Assembly (NCBI RefSeq): GCF_947568905.1
Contig: NC_079167.1
Span: 88,474,001-88,538,000, forward strand
Direction: 5' to 3'
Length of the DNA: 64,000 nt
From: Ostrea edulis
Taxonomy: Eukaryota
Shown: in pieces, positions 22,801 to 37,800 of the stretch
Numbering within the stretch: position 1 is the stretch's first letter
Layout: each line of letters begins with the position of its first letter
Program-made: the position numbers and the translations under genes
Notes under the pieces: generated by a model
Database searches by the model: none
Told to the model about the DNA's origin: nothing
What the model saw: only the letters and a program-made list of their open reading frames with translations

Positions 22801-25800
22801 TTCCATTAGATCTGCTTGTTGCTCCGAGTTGTGTACCAAAGATAATGATGTGTTTTTTTTTTTACAGTTTGAAGGAGCTGGGTGAGTTCATTAAGACGAC
22901 TGATGCTGGCCTGACAAAGCCTGTGGAAGAGGGAGATTATAGTGGGTTGGTAGATTGCATGGGTTATCTCTTCGCTGTCAAGGACAGGCAGGCCACCACT
23001 GATGAAATGTTTGAACCACTCAAACAGACCATAGAACTGCTGAAAACGTACGATCAGGAACTTCCAGAAGAAGTCCATCTCCAGCTTCAGGTTAAAAAAT
23101 ATTTGGAGAAATTACTTTGTGAAATTAATACATGTATGTAGGAAACATGAGGTTTCTGAAAGTATCAGAATTGTATGTTTTCAAATTTCTAATGCACAGG
23201 AATTGCCGGAGCAGTGGAACAACTCAAAGAAAATAGCCATCACAATTAAACAACAAGTTGCTCCTTTACAAGCAACTGAGGTTGCTAACATTAGGAGGAA
23301 GACAGCAACCTTTGATGTTTCTCAACACAAGTTCAGAGAAAAGTTCCGCAGCATTCCTCCATTCAGATTTGAGTGTGATAAACCATACGCACATCTTGAC
23401 AAGGTAACGTTCACAGCTGTACTCTGAATATTGAAATGACATTTGGTATTAGAATGAAAAAAATCAAAATTGATTCAATTAGAGAAATATAAGATGTTTG
23501 AAAGACTTGGAACATTTTTTTATTTAGTACCATGAAGAAATTGCAGCCATGGAGAAAGAGATGGTGGAATTGATGGATTCAGCCAGTCTGTTTGAGGTCA
23601 ATATCCCAGACTTCAAGCAGCTCAAACAGTGCAGGAAGGAAATTAAACTCTTGAAAACACTATGGGACTACATCATCATGGTGCAGAGCAGCATTGATGA
23701 TTGGAAGACCACCTTCTGGAAGGAAATCAATGTGGAGCAGATGGACATGGATTGCAAGAAGTTTGCCAAGGACATCAGAGCTCTGGACAAGGAGATGAGA
23801 GCTTGGGATTCCTATCTTGGTCTGGAGAACACAGTGAAGAACATGCTTACATCACTCAGAGCAGTCAGTGAGCTCCAGAACCCAGCCATCAGGGATCGCC
23901 ATTGGCAACAACTTATGGTGGCAACAAAGGTATGCACTACCCCATGAAGAACATAAGAATAGTAATTAAATGGTCTCCTTTACAAGTTGCTTCTTACAAT
24001 CCCAATTCCAAAATACTTTATAGAGACTTTTTTTTTCAGGTACGCTTTGTCATGGATGAAAGCACTACCCTGGCTGATCTGTTGTCCCTGAACCTCCACA
24101 ACTTTGAGGATGATGTCCGTGGTATTGTAGACAAAGCAGTGAAGGAAATGAGCATGGAGAAAGTGCTTAAAGAGTTGGATGCCACCTGGACCACCATGGA
24201 GTTTGAACACGAACCTCACCCCAGGACAAAGATCACTATGCTGAAGACAAGTGAAGAGTTGATTGAAACTCTTGAGGATAACCAGGTATGTATAGAACCA
24301 GGTCTTAAATGTTCCATAAAACAGAGTTTTTTGTAGTGTGTATGTTAATTAATAACATTGCTTTTAGGTCCAACTACAAAACATGTTGTCTTCCAAATAC
24401 ATTGCCCACTTCTTGCAAGAAGTTTCCCAGTGGCAGAAGAAACTGTCGACAGCTGATCAGGTCATTTCCATCTGGATGGAGGTACAGAGGACTTGGTCTC
24501 ACTTGGAAAGTATCTTTATTGGATCAGAAGACATCAGAAACCAGCTGCCTGAGGACTCCAATAGATTTGACGGTATCGACACAGATTTCAAGGTGTGTAT
24601 CATAGAATTTCAATGCGAAACAAAGTGCAAAGTCATTCGTTGCTCTTGGTTGTTGTTTTTTTTCTTCAGATATAAAAATCACTTCTAACATTTTCACTGA
24701 TTTGAGGGGAGGGGAGAGTTGTCATTTGATCAAACCCTGTGAAGCCCATATGAGTTTCACTGGACATGATTTATTATGTGGGTTTTTTCCATCTTGATCA
24801 TTCTTTGTGTTTGCCCAATAGGAATTGGTGTCCGAGGTTGAGAAGTACAAGAATGTTGTGGAGGCCACCAATCAGCCCAACCTCTACGAGCGGTTAGAAG
24901 GTCTCCAGGACCAGCTAACTCTGTGTGAGAAGGCTCTCGCTGAGTACCTAGAAACCAAACGTCTTGCCTTCCCAAGATTCTACTTCGTGTCCTCAGCTGA
25001 TCTGCTGGACATCTTGTCCAATGGCAACAATCCCTCTGTGGTATGATTACAAATTTGTCTTCCTCTGAGTATTTTTTTGTGTGGAATTCTCAAAGAACTA
25101 GTGTTATGCAGCAGTCCTTCAAGATACCTCAACCACATTGTTTGTTTTCAGGTATCTCGTCACTTGACGAAATTGTTTGATAGCATGGCCCAGCTGAAGT
25201 TCACTCAGGATGATGGGGGTAATGACACCAAGATTGCTATATCTATGTACAGTAAGGACGGAGAAGTAGTGGAACTGGACAAACCATGTGACTTGGCTGG
25301 ACAGGTGTGGATCTATAGATAAAAGATGGTCTTTAGTAATTCTACTTCTCTGTAAAACATTTCATTCAAATTGAAATTATTGCATAATTGTAGGTAGAGC
25401 ACTGGCTGAATAACCTGTTGGATGCCATGAGGAGCACAGTGAGGCATGAGATGACTGAGGCTGTGTCTACATATGAGGAGAAGCCCCGAGACCAGTGGCT
25501 GTTTGATTTCCCTGCCCAGGTGGCTTTATGTGGCACCCAGATCTGGTGGACCACAGAAGTCAACATTGCCTTTGGCAGACTTGAGGAAGGATATGAAAAT
25601 GCTTTGAAGGACTATAACAAGAAACAGATTCAGCAGTTGAACAACCTCATTTCTCTTCTGGTGGGTAAATTGTCCTCTGGAGATCGACAGAAGATCATGA
25701 CCATCTGTACCATTGATGTGCATGCTCGAGATGTGGTGGCCAAACTGATTACCACCAAGGTAGACAGCTCTCAAGCTTTCGCCTGGCTGTCTCAGCTCAG

Positions 25801-28800
25801 ACACAGGTGGGACGACAATGAGAAGGACTGCTTCGCCAACATCTGTGATGCCCAGTTCCGGTACTCGCATGAGTACCTGGGTAACACCCCTCGACTGGTC
25901 ATCACTCCTCTCACTGACAGGTTGGTACCATCTATGTACAGTGTTTGATACCTTTAACTGTTGATATTGACTCAAAAGTTGAGGGAAAATTTACAAAGTT
26001 CAAAAAGTAATTTTCTCAGCAGTATTTCATTTCTTGTTCACATATCTTACAAAAGATAGAAATTTCTCCCAGGTATTCCATATTGGCAGTAAACCACATT
26101 TTTATATTTTGTCTATTTTAGATGTTACATCACACTGACTCAGTCCCTTCATTTGATCATGAGTGGTGCACCAGCTGGTCCCGCTGGAACCGGAAAAACT
26201 GAGACCACCAAGGATCTGGGCCGTGCTCTGGGTATCATGGTGTACGTCTTCAACTGCTCAGAACAGATGGACTATAAATCCATTGGTAATATTTACAAAG
26301 GACTTGCCCAATCTGGTGCCTGGGGATGCTTTGATGAGTTTAACCGCATTGCTGTAGAGGTATTGTCTGTGGTTGCTGTCCAGGTCAAATGTATTCAGGA
26401 TGCCATCAAGGAGAAGAAGAAGATATTCAACTTCCTTGGAGAAACCATCAAGCTGGTTCCGACTGTAGGACTCTTCATTACCATGAACCCTGGTTATGCT
26501 GGTCGCACAGAGTTGCCTGAGAACCTCAAAGCCCTTTTCAGGTATACACTACAATGTAGTATTCTCCACTATCAAAGGGTCTTGATTTTTTCCATCTCGA
26601 TGCTTCAGTAAAACATTCTAATAGATTAAGTATACATAGCAAATCTCTATTTTTTTTTTTATGAAATATTGTAATTGTGTACACAAAGTAGTGGTTTTAG
26701 TGGGGGAAAAAACCATTTGCAAGTTCCAGATGAACAAGTTTTACAATATGTTGTACCATATCATGTGAAAACATTTTTTTCTGCACTTTGTGTCCCTTTT
26801 CTGTGATTTCTGCATTTTTATTTCCAGACCATGTGCTATGGTGGTTCCAGATTTTGAATTGATTTGTGAAATCATGTTGGTGGCTGAAGGTTTCTTGGAA
26901 GCCAGGCTGCTGGCCAGAAAGTTCATCACCCTGTACAGTTTGTGTAAGGAGCTGCTCTCCAAACAGGTAACATGGCAGAAAATCAGTGAGAAATAGCAGT
27001 GTCTGATCATTTACTGATCACGCCTCCTTCACATGATGGTTTTGTGGTAATTGACTTCTCTCTGCTTTATAGGATCATTATGATTGGGGTCTAAGAGCCA
27101 TCAAGTCTGTGTTGGTTGTGGCTGGAGCACTGAAGAGAGGTGACCCAGAACGTCCTGAGGATCAGGTCAGTTTCTAACTCTACAGCCCTTATTTTCAACC
27201 ATTTTGTTTCCAACAAAAATATCCCCCCCCCCCCCCAAAAAAAAACCCCATCAAAATACTGTTTTGTATTTTTCAATAATAATTTTATCTTCAGGTATTA
27301 ATGAGAGCCCTGAGAGATTTCAACATCCCGAAAATCGTTATTGATGACTTGCCCATCTTCATGGGTTTGATTTCCGACTTGTTCCCTGCCCTCAATGTGC
27401 CCCGTAAGAGAGATCTGGACTTTGAGAAACAGATTAAACAAGCTACTCTGGACCAGAAACTGCAACCAGAAGACAACTTCATCCTCAAGGTACAAGTCTA
27501 GTCAACAAAGAATGTCCTACAGCATTTTATCAGTTCCAACTCTCTAGATGCTATAAATATATATTGTCTCAACAATCCCATCGTGTTGTAGATTGTACAG
27601 CTGCAGGAGTTGCTAGATGTACGTCACTCAGTCTTTGTGCTGGGATTTGCTGGTGTTGGTAAGAGTAAAGTTTGGGGAACACTAAACAGGACCTACAAAA
27701 ACCAAGGAAAGAAGCCCAATGCTGTGGATCTGGATCCCAAAGCAGTGACAAACAATGAACTGTTTGGTATCATCAACCCAGCAACCAGAGAGTGGAAAGA
27801 TGGTATGAACACCGAGATACTCTTTTAAATTTGTAAACAACATAACAACACCTACAATCAGATTTAGATTTTGTTCAGAGTACAAGCTATGCAGGTAACC
27901 TTGTTTATATAAGGAAGTCGGATTTAAAGAAATCTTGGTTAAAAGGAATACTTAGAAATCATCTGCCATATATTCGTAAATCTTTGTAAGAAAAAAAAAT
28001 AGTTCTTGGGAACTCAGTTATAAAGAATTCTGGGATATATAAAGGGAGTGATATTTATTTCCCAATATCAATTTCACATTTATAATTTATTTGTTTATTT
28101 CGTATGTTTGGACTTTTGTTAAAATCCAGTCATTGTAACTGTTCACACATCTATGTATAATGATATGGTGAATGTATATATACGATGTACAGGTATCATT
28201 TTCCTTTTTTCAGTGTTAAATATTTTTTTAAAAACCAAAAATATGTGCCTGTTATTTTTTTAACATAAGGAACTTTTTTTATAGATATATCAAAGTGACA
28301 TATATGGATGTTTGATAAGGATTTGAACGTGTTTATGTTTGCAGAAATTCAGTCGAGGCAAGTTTCCTGTACAGTGTATATTGTTTACAGGTTTGTTCTC
28401 CGTGATTATGCGTGATCTGGCCAACATGTCGGGTGATGGCCCCAAGTGGATTGTTCTGGATGGTGACATTGACCCTATGTGGATTGAGTCCCTGAACACT
28501 GTCATGGATGACAACAAAGTGCTGACGCTGGCCAGTAACGAGCGTATCCCTCTCACTCCCTCCATGAGGCTGTTGTTTGAGATCAGTCATTTAAGGACTG
28601 CCACCCCAGCTACAGTGTCCAGGGCTGGTATCTTGTTCATCAACCCTCAGGATCTCGGCTGGATCCCGTAAGGAAGCCATATTTTATCTGATAATTGTTT
28701 GAAACAACAAGAAAAAAGTTTACTTCTGATGTCAGTGTTCAAATGTGCATTAAACACCCTATAAAATGTAGGGGAAAAGAAATTCCAATCTACACAGTTA

Positions 28801-31800
28801 TGAGCTATGGACGACCATTCACGTTTAACTCTAAATATTTCAGATACACCCAGAGCTGGATTGACAAGCGAGAGGTCCAGTCAGAGAGAGCCAATCTGAC
28901 CATCCTCTTTGACAAGTACGTTCCTATGTGTCTGGAGACGATGCGCACTCGCTTCAAGAAGATCACACCTGTAGCAGACAACAGTCACATCCAGATGTTG
29001 TGTTACCTGCTGGAATGTCTGTTGACCCCAGAGAACACGCCCCCAGACTGTGCCAAGGAGCTGTATGAGCTGTACTTTGTCTTTGCCTGTGTCTGGGCCT
29101 TTGGAGGTGTCACTTTCCAGGATCAGGTTCGAGGCATTCAGTCACCACATACATGTATTGTGAATAGAGTATCAAAAGACATGTTTTAAAGATAAAGAGT
29201 AACTACAATGGAAAGTAGATGCTGTTTCCAACATTATATTTTACGTGTTTATAACTAGTTTGAACATCTACAAAAAATTATTAGAGTAGATAGTGACATG
29301 GTCTAAAACGAAAAGAAATTAGATTATTTCTAAATTACAACTCCTTCAATGCTCTGTAAATACTGAAAGGTTTGTGTTTGTTGACAGTTGGTGGATTACA
29401 GAGTGGAATTCACCAAATGGTGGACCACAGAGTTCAAGACAGTCAAATTCCCCACCACCGGCACTGTGTTTGATTACTACATTGATACAGACACCAAGAA
29501 GTTTGAGCCCTGGACCAAAATGGTGCAGAAATTCGAACTGGACCCTGATCTTCCACTCCAGGTCAGTGGATTCAATCAAAGTTCATGGTCCTTCAAGAAC
29601 AGTGATGAATCTTTTACAGATTCAGAATGTCATTTTATAAATAGATATAACGTTATGTCCATTATTGTATACTTATTGCAGGCTGCCTTGGTGCATACAT
29701 CGGAGACCACTCGCGTGAAGTACTTCCTGGACATGTTGGTTGACAAGCGTCGCCCAGTCATGTTAGTGGGCACTGCTGGAACGGGTAAGACTGTGCTGAT
29801 GGGTGACAAGCTCAATGCCCTCTCAGAGGACTTCATGGTTACAAACATCCCCTTCAACTTCTACACAACCTCAGAGATGTTGCAGAGAACTCTGGAGAAA
29901 CCGCTCGAGAAGAAGGCTGGTCGTAACTTTGGTCCTCCTGGTACCAGACGGTTGATCTACTTTGTGGATGACATGAACATGCCAGAGGTATTATTCAACA
30001 TCATCAGCAGCATTTCATGCTAAATTGAAAATTTTCATGGGTATCTAACTTTCACTGTTTTTGTGGAACAGAAATTCCCATAAATTTCAATTCAGAAGTA
30101 AGAAACTAAAAAACATGTTATTTTTTTCCAGACCTGAAAAATTTGACCTTATAAAAATTTATAGTATTTTCAATGATAAATGTAAGATTAAGAAGTTTAA
30201 ATTGTACTTTAAAATGAGTAGAGCATTTGAGAGTCATTGTTACCAGGTGGATTTAGAAGAAGAAGAAAACATTTGTAGTGAGTTTCTTTTTTCAATATGT
30301 TCCTAATGCTGTATAATTTCTCTAAAAGGTTGACAAGTACTTCACTGTTCAGCCCCACACCCTGATCAGACAACACATTGACCACAGCCATTGGTATGAC
30401 AGGGCCAAACTGACCCTGAAGGAAATCCACAACACACAGTATGTGGCATGCATGAACCCCACCGCTGGTAGCTTCACCATTGACTCCAGGTTACAGGTCA
30501 GTGTCAAGCACAGAATAGCAATACAATACACTGAAGCATGACAATACAATACACTAAAGTATAGCAATAGAATGCAATACACACCACAATGTGGCATAAG
30601 ATAGAATAGCATGTGGTACCGTATAATTGGTATTTGTAGTGAGACACAAATTTAGCGATTTGTCCATAAATTATGGAAATACATATTTAGCAAGAGCTAA
30701 TTTAGCAAATCATAATTCCAAAAAAGATAGTTGTTACCTCCAATATGGAATAGATATTAGTGATATTCAGTTTTAGTGACCTCAACACTGTTGCTAATAA
30801 TTCCAAAATTAAATCCTCGCTAAAAATTCTACTTGTACGGTAATAGAATGGATTACATCATAGTATGAGTCTTGTTTATGTGATATTATTGTCACAGTAC
30901 ATTACTTTAGCAGGAGGCATTTATTATGGACTTAGAAAACATAAGATGTTTATCAAGTGGCTTAATTTGTTTTGGATCTATCAGTAACGATTTGGTTATT
31001 TTTTACAGCGTCACTTCTGTGTCTTCTCCATTAATTTCCCTAACAATGAGGCCCTGGGCACTATTTACACTAGCATTCTGCAGCAACATCTTGCCTTGAC
31101 TGGCTTTGCCCAGGCCGTCCAGAAATTCTGTGGAACTCTCATCAATGGAGCTCTGGCTCTTCAGGCCAAAATGGCCACCACATTCTTGCCGACTGCCATC
31201 AAGTTCCACTACATCTTCAACCTCAGAGATATGTCCAACATTTTCCAGGTATCACTTCTTTTATTCAATCACATTCACCTTTGTATATATAAATGTGCTC
31301 AGCAGTGTAGAAAATTTCTAACATAGCTTATGCATGTATTTTACCAGAGAGTCAACACCATCTGGATTTAAATTGAGATTTTTTGGATAGTCTAGATATT
31401 AATAAACCTTTCACTTTGCTGGAAATTTCTTTAATTCTGTTGATTTTAAATCTTATTTACCGGTACTCATCATTTATGAACTTGGAATCCTTGCAAGTAT
31501 TTTATATTGACTCAGTCATATATATCCTAAGGTACTGTAATGACCCGACACTTTCAAGCGACAATTTGGATTTCAAAAAATGTGCAAATACATGTACCTA
31601 ATGAAATCTTGATAAACTCTTTATCTCAATGGAAGCAAAGTTTGAATTGAGAAATTAATTATATTGCTGATATATTGTTAGTAAAACAATGTACCTAACT
31701 TTGAGAGAATTTTAGTGTGCAATACCTTGGTCATTGAACGCCAACTTTTCATGAAATGATAGGTTCTATTCTGATACATTCCAAGTACAAGTTAATGTTA

Positions 31801-34800
31801 GTGCACGCTAAATTGTAAACAAAATTCGCAGACCAGCTACTGTGGAATCATTAGAATTTGTGGTGGCTCAATTTTCGTGGAATTCGTGGGTACCCCTCAC
31901 CCACGAATTTACATCCTCAACAAAGCAAACATTCCAGAGTTATCTTTCTTACAAATATATAAATCCACGAAATTACGACCCCATGAATCCGTAAAAATTC
32001 AGCAATCCATGAAAATTGGTTCCCATGAATTTAAATGATTCTACAGTATTGTTTGGTGAGCTGTAGTAGTCAGTTTTGATATTTTATCTATTAAGTATCA
32101 ATTAATTCTTGCAATATTTTGACCCAGATTTATATTTAAGGACCAGCAAATATTGTTATTCACAATTTGAAACATTTCACAAGCATTAACATAGTTCCAC
32201 CCTCCTGAGACATCATATGATTTTGCAAAGTCAATGATTTAATAAGATTTATGCATAACAAGAACATAAATTTTGTTGGAGTCTTTTTCAATAGTTATTT
32301 TGAAAAATCTTGTTAACCATCAACTATTTCAAAATTCTAAGTTTTATATGAATAATCAATTATATGCTTCAAAATATTGAATCCAAGGGCAATAACTGTT
32401 TTCATTAAATTATTTATCAAGTCCATTATGCGATAGATTTCCTTTATTTTTCACAAACATTTTGTATTTTTTTTTAAAGAAACAGTTCCATGAAACTGTT
32501 ATGAATACTATTATATTATTTTAAGCAGTTTTTGTGAAATTTTGATAATGCTGTTCAAGGAAAATTGCAATTTTATGACGTTGATAATAGGTATAGGTGT
32601 GCTAATTGATAAAAGGTTGATTAATACCGCAACATACTTATTTTATCATTTTTATTTGTTACTAAGATATATTACTTGAAGAATTGACAATCAAATATAA
32701 GATTGAACCTATAATTCTAGAAGGGTGGAATTACCTTAATTGATGAAATTGGATGAACATTGAAAACATGTGAATCAGTGCTAATATTGCTTCAATTTCT
32801 AACTTGATGATCGAGAAAATGAATAAACTATCAACATAATTATCAATATAAAAACAACTGACATTTTAATTTAGCTATGTGATAAAGGGCCGGGTTATAG
32901 AACTTCTATTGGTGAATATTAGCAGTCGTTGGGAGTGAACATTCGCTCACAAGTTTGCGAATTTTTCAATCCCAACTTGGCCAATATTCACCAATATATA
33001 CTCAATAACCCTTTAATACTAATTGAAATGAGCCTATTGTAATAAATGCTCACCAATCCCACATCTTACAGGTGCGTGTATTCCACTTGTTATTTTGATG
33101 ATTTCAGGGTCTGCTGTTTGCTCTACCAGAATGTGCCAAAACTCCTATTGAATTGACTCGACTGTGGTTACACGAGGCTGAGAGAGTGTATCGAGACAAG
33201 CTCACTGATGAAAAAGACATGGAAACTTTTGATAAGCTTATAAAAGATATTTTCAAAAAGAATTTTGAGGTAACACCGTTTGAAAGGTTTTCAGTGCATG
33301 TCAGATTTCAGATTCCAAATTAAGGGAAACAAAAACTAAATATCTAAACTAATTTTCAGGATTTGGATGAAGCAGTTGTCTTAAAACGTCCACTCCTTTT
33401 CTGCCATTTTGCCCAAGGAGTTGGTGATCCTAAATACAATGCAGTAGAAGGATGGCCAGAGTTGAACAAGATCCTTGTTGAAGCTCTAGACAGTTACAAT
33501 GAATTGAATGCCGTCATGAACCTTGTGTTATTTGAGGATGCTATGATGCATGTGTGTCGTATTAACCGTATCCTTGAGTCCCCACGAGGTAATGCTCTCC
33601 TAATTGGAGTAGGTGGTTCTGGTAAGCAAAGCTTGTCACGATTGGCTGCCTCCATCAGCAGCTTGGAGGTGTTCCAGATCACCCTCAGGAAAGGATATTC
33701 CATTGCTGATCTGAAATTGGACATTTCTCAGCTCTACATAAAGGCAGGTCTGAAGAACATGGGAATGGTCTTCTTGATGACAGATGCCCAGGTGGCTGAT
33801 GAGAAATTCCTTGTTTTAATTAATGACTTGCTGGCTTCTGGAGAAATCCCCGATCTCTTCCCAGATGACGAGGTGGAGAATGTTATCAATGGTGTCCGTA
33901 ATGAAGTGAAAGGTCTTGGTATGGAAGACAGCAGAGAGAATTGCTGGAGATTCTTCATTGACAAAGTCCGCAGATCACTGAAGGTAAGACACAGTTGTAT
34001 GGTAGGCTTCATTGTTGATAGTGGTCAGATAGGATTTTCAAATAGCATGTCGAAATGGAAGGAACATTTTGTGAGAAACACAAGTAAAAGATTTTTAAAT
34101 GTCATTCATGGGATGTCTCTACTCTTTAAACTGCATGCAGCCTTAATTTCCCTGCATTTTTATTTAGCTATTTTCACAGAGGGGTGTATCTGTAAAGTTA
34201 AAACTGTAATGGGAATACCTTTACTTGATATGGAAAAAAACCCTGAGTGATAACAAATTTTGTTGGAAAAGGTAAAATGATTATTAACCTGAAGCAAATT
34301 GAAGTTGTATACAGCATTTTTTTCATGTATATCTTTTCATTAATTTTCATAATAATTTTCTTTTGGATATTTTAGGTCGTGCTTTGCTTCTCCCCTGTGG
34401 GGTCCACTCTTAGAGTCAGGAGCAGAAAATTCCCTGCTGTCACCAACTGTACAAGCATTGACTGGTTCCATGAGTGGCCGGAAGATGCTTTAATGTCAGT
34501 ATCTGGACGCTTCCTTGAGGAGGTTGAGCTCCTGGCAGTAAGTTTCTACCGCTTTGGAAACATTATCTTATAATTTACAAATATATTTGCTGTAAAATGA
34601 AATCAGTTCCTAATAATAAATGGAGAAAAGGGGCAGTATAAAGGTATTTTGATGTTGTGTTAGCAAGGATAACATAAGAAAAATCCCATACAATGTAATA
34701 AGTATTATTAACTTGTTGTGCCTCTAAGTGACCAAGTCAGCTTGGTAAACATTGTTACATAATCATAACAGAACATTCATGTTAATTTTTAGCCTGAAAT

Positions 34801-37800
34801 GAGAGAATCCATTGCCACTTTCATGTCATTTGTCCACAAATCTGTGAATGAGATCAGCGCAGTGTACCTACAAAATGAGAGACGATATAACTACACCACA
34901 CCCAAGAGCTTCTTGGAGCAGATCAAACTGTACCAGAACCTGCTGAACAAAAACAACTCAGAACTACAAGCCAAGATTATACGTCTTGAGAATGGTCTGG
35001 AAAAACTTCGCAGCACAGCTACCCAGGTCAGTGATAGAGATGAAATGAGGGCATTACAGTTCATTAAAAATTGTTTTATTTCGATTTTTTTGGAAGCATC
35101 TATTGACAAGCTGCAAGGAACAAATAATTTCTAAACAATAAAAAAGCCAAATTTCTTTGTATTTTGTCAAATATTCACAAGTTTGTGTCATTTGTGGTAT
35201 CAAATAAGAATTGATGAAATTAATGTTGTTCATGATATCTGTCAAAAGTGCAATAAAAAAAAAGTTAAATGAAATTAGTATTCAATTTTCATTCATTTGA
35301 TTTTTACAGGTAGATGATTTGAAATCCAAGCTGGCTTCCCAAGAAGTGGAGTTGGCTCAGAAGAATGAAGATGCCAACAAGCTGATCACCATTGTTGGTG
35401 CTGAGACTGAGAAAGTGTCCAAGGAGAAAGCTATTGCTGATGAAGAAGAAAAGAAAGTGGCCCAGATCAACATAGAGGTCAAGAAGAAGGCGGAAGACTG
35501 TGAGAGGGACTTGGCAAAGGCTGAACCTGCTTTGGCGGCTGCAGAGGAAGCGTTGAACACACTGAACAAGGTAGGCTGTGACAGATTAAAAGTTCCCTTG
35601 CTGGTAGTTAGGGAGACAATGTACATGTGAAAAGTAATTTTCAAATCAGCCAACATATACACTTTATACATATACAAAATGGCTGTGTGGTTCTTGTTCT
35701 CTGTATACAGAAAAATATTTGTCTCGTTTTATTTTTGTTCCACCTCTGGAACAAGATTCGCTGTCTATAGGACTTGGCAAAGCCTCATCCTAGAGTGCAA
35801 ATCTTGTCCCTGGAATTTCCTTATCCCACCATTGTACTAATGAAGGATTTTATTAATCTTTTTTTCAACACAACTTCAAATGGGGCAAAATTGTTTGCAA
35901 GTGTAATAAGACCAAAAAAAATTTTAAAAAATTTAAAAAAAAGAAAGAAAAGAAACAGGACAAGAATAACTGTGTATACAGGAATTTTCACAAAATGAGT
36001 GGACCACATTGACTAAATCACAAGAAATCAAGCTTTTATTTCTTACAAGTAAATTAGAATTGGTTTACTAGTAAGTTACTGTACTGTGTAGAATTAGTAC
36101 ATGGTTGGTGTTTGGTTAAATTTCATGGTTACAGTACACATATACATATGCCCTCAAAGTAACAACTCCAGCAAATCATTGTGAAATGGTAATGTTAATG
36201 GTAATAAAAAAACAACTTCTCAGGTAAGAAATGATCTATGACTATATATTCTCATGAAATGGAAAAAAATCTCTTCCATCATTAACATAAAAGCTAACCC
36301 CCATGAAAATAAATTATCCCACAGTATTAAAGAGGGACTCATCTGACTTGATGTATATTTTACTATTAGGGCAATCTGACAGAGTTGAAGTCCTTTGGCT
36401 CACCCCCTGCTGCTGTAATCAATGTGACGTCTGCTTGTATGTGTCTGCTGGCACCTGGGGGAAAAGTACCCAAAGACAGAAGCTGGAAGGCAGCCAAGAG
36501 CTCCATTATGGGGAAGGTAATTTCTGTTGAAATTTCTTTTTCTTATGAAATATTGACAGACAGTTGGGATTTTTATTTTTGTGTGATTTTATTTTTTGTT
36601 TCCGGTACCGACATTTTAAATTATGGATACATTTCTTTGTCAGATTGATCTCTTCTTGGACAATCTCATAAACTATGACAAAGACAACATCCATGAGGCA
36701 TGTTTAAAGGCCATTCAGCCCTATTTGGATGACCCCGAGTTTGATCCTGAATTCATCCGAGGCAAATCACTGGCTGCTGCAGGTCTCTGCTCATGGTGTA
36801 TCAACATTGTCACCTATTACAGAGTGTACTGTACAGTAGAACCCAAACGAATGGCCCTGGCTCAGGCCAATTCTGACTTGGCAACTGCTCAAGAGAAGCT
36901 GCGTGTTATCACCAACAAAATCCAAAGTCTAGAGTCTGATCTAGCAGAACTGACCGCAAAGTTTGAAAAGGCCACCAATGAGAAGCTTCGTTGTCAACAG
37001 GAGGCTGACTTGACTGCTAAGACAATTGAACTGGCCAACAGACTGGTGGGTGGATTAGCATCTGAGAATGTCAGATGGGCGGATTCCATTAACGACTTCC
37101 GTGAGCAAGAAAAGACCCTCCCTGGTGATGTTCTTCTCATCACAGCCTTTGTATCGTACGTAGGATGTTTCACAAAGCAGTACAGGTTGGACTTGATGGA
37201 CAAGCACTGGTTGCCATATTTGAAGAGCTTGAAGATACCTATCCCAGTATCTGAAGGGCTAGATCCCCTTACTCTGCTAACAGATGATGCTCAGATTGCC
37301 TCATGGAACAATGAAGGCTTGCCCAGTGATAGGATGTCCACAGAAAATGCCACCATTCTTGCAAACTGTGAGAGATGGCCTTTGATGATTGATCCTCAGC
37401 TACAAGGTATCAAATGGATTAAGACCAAGTATGGAGCAGACCTCAAAGTTATACGACTTGGACAGAAAGGCTACTTGGATGCTCTAGAGAGAGCTCTGGC
37501 TAATGGAGATGTGGTTTTGTTGGAAAACATTGAAGAAACAGTGGACCCTGTGCTCGATCCTCTTATTGGGCGAAACACAATCAAGAAAGGACGGGCCATC
37601 AAGATAGGAGACAAAGAGGTAGAGTATCACCCAAGCTTCAAACTTATCATCCAGACAAAACTGGCTAATCCTCATTATCAGCCTGAGATGCAAGCCCAGA
37701 CCACCCTTATCAACTTCACTGTAACCAGGGATGGATTGGAGGACCAACTCCTGGCAGCCGTGGTAAGAAAAGAGAGACCTGATTTAGAGAAACTGAAGGC

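Noticed and set aside
33055-33107. AG|GT recursive splice point or alternative acceptor at 33071 in dynein intron 32
   Set aside because: Use as an acceptor adds an in-frame TGA. The intron is under 2 kb, so recursive splicing is unnecessary and chance is likely.
35774-35998. Alternative dynein exon (74-aa ORF in intron 37)
   Set aside because: No compatible donor was found, the composition is AT-rich and low-complexity, and the flanking exons already give the conserved stalk sequence.
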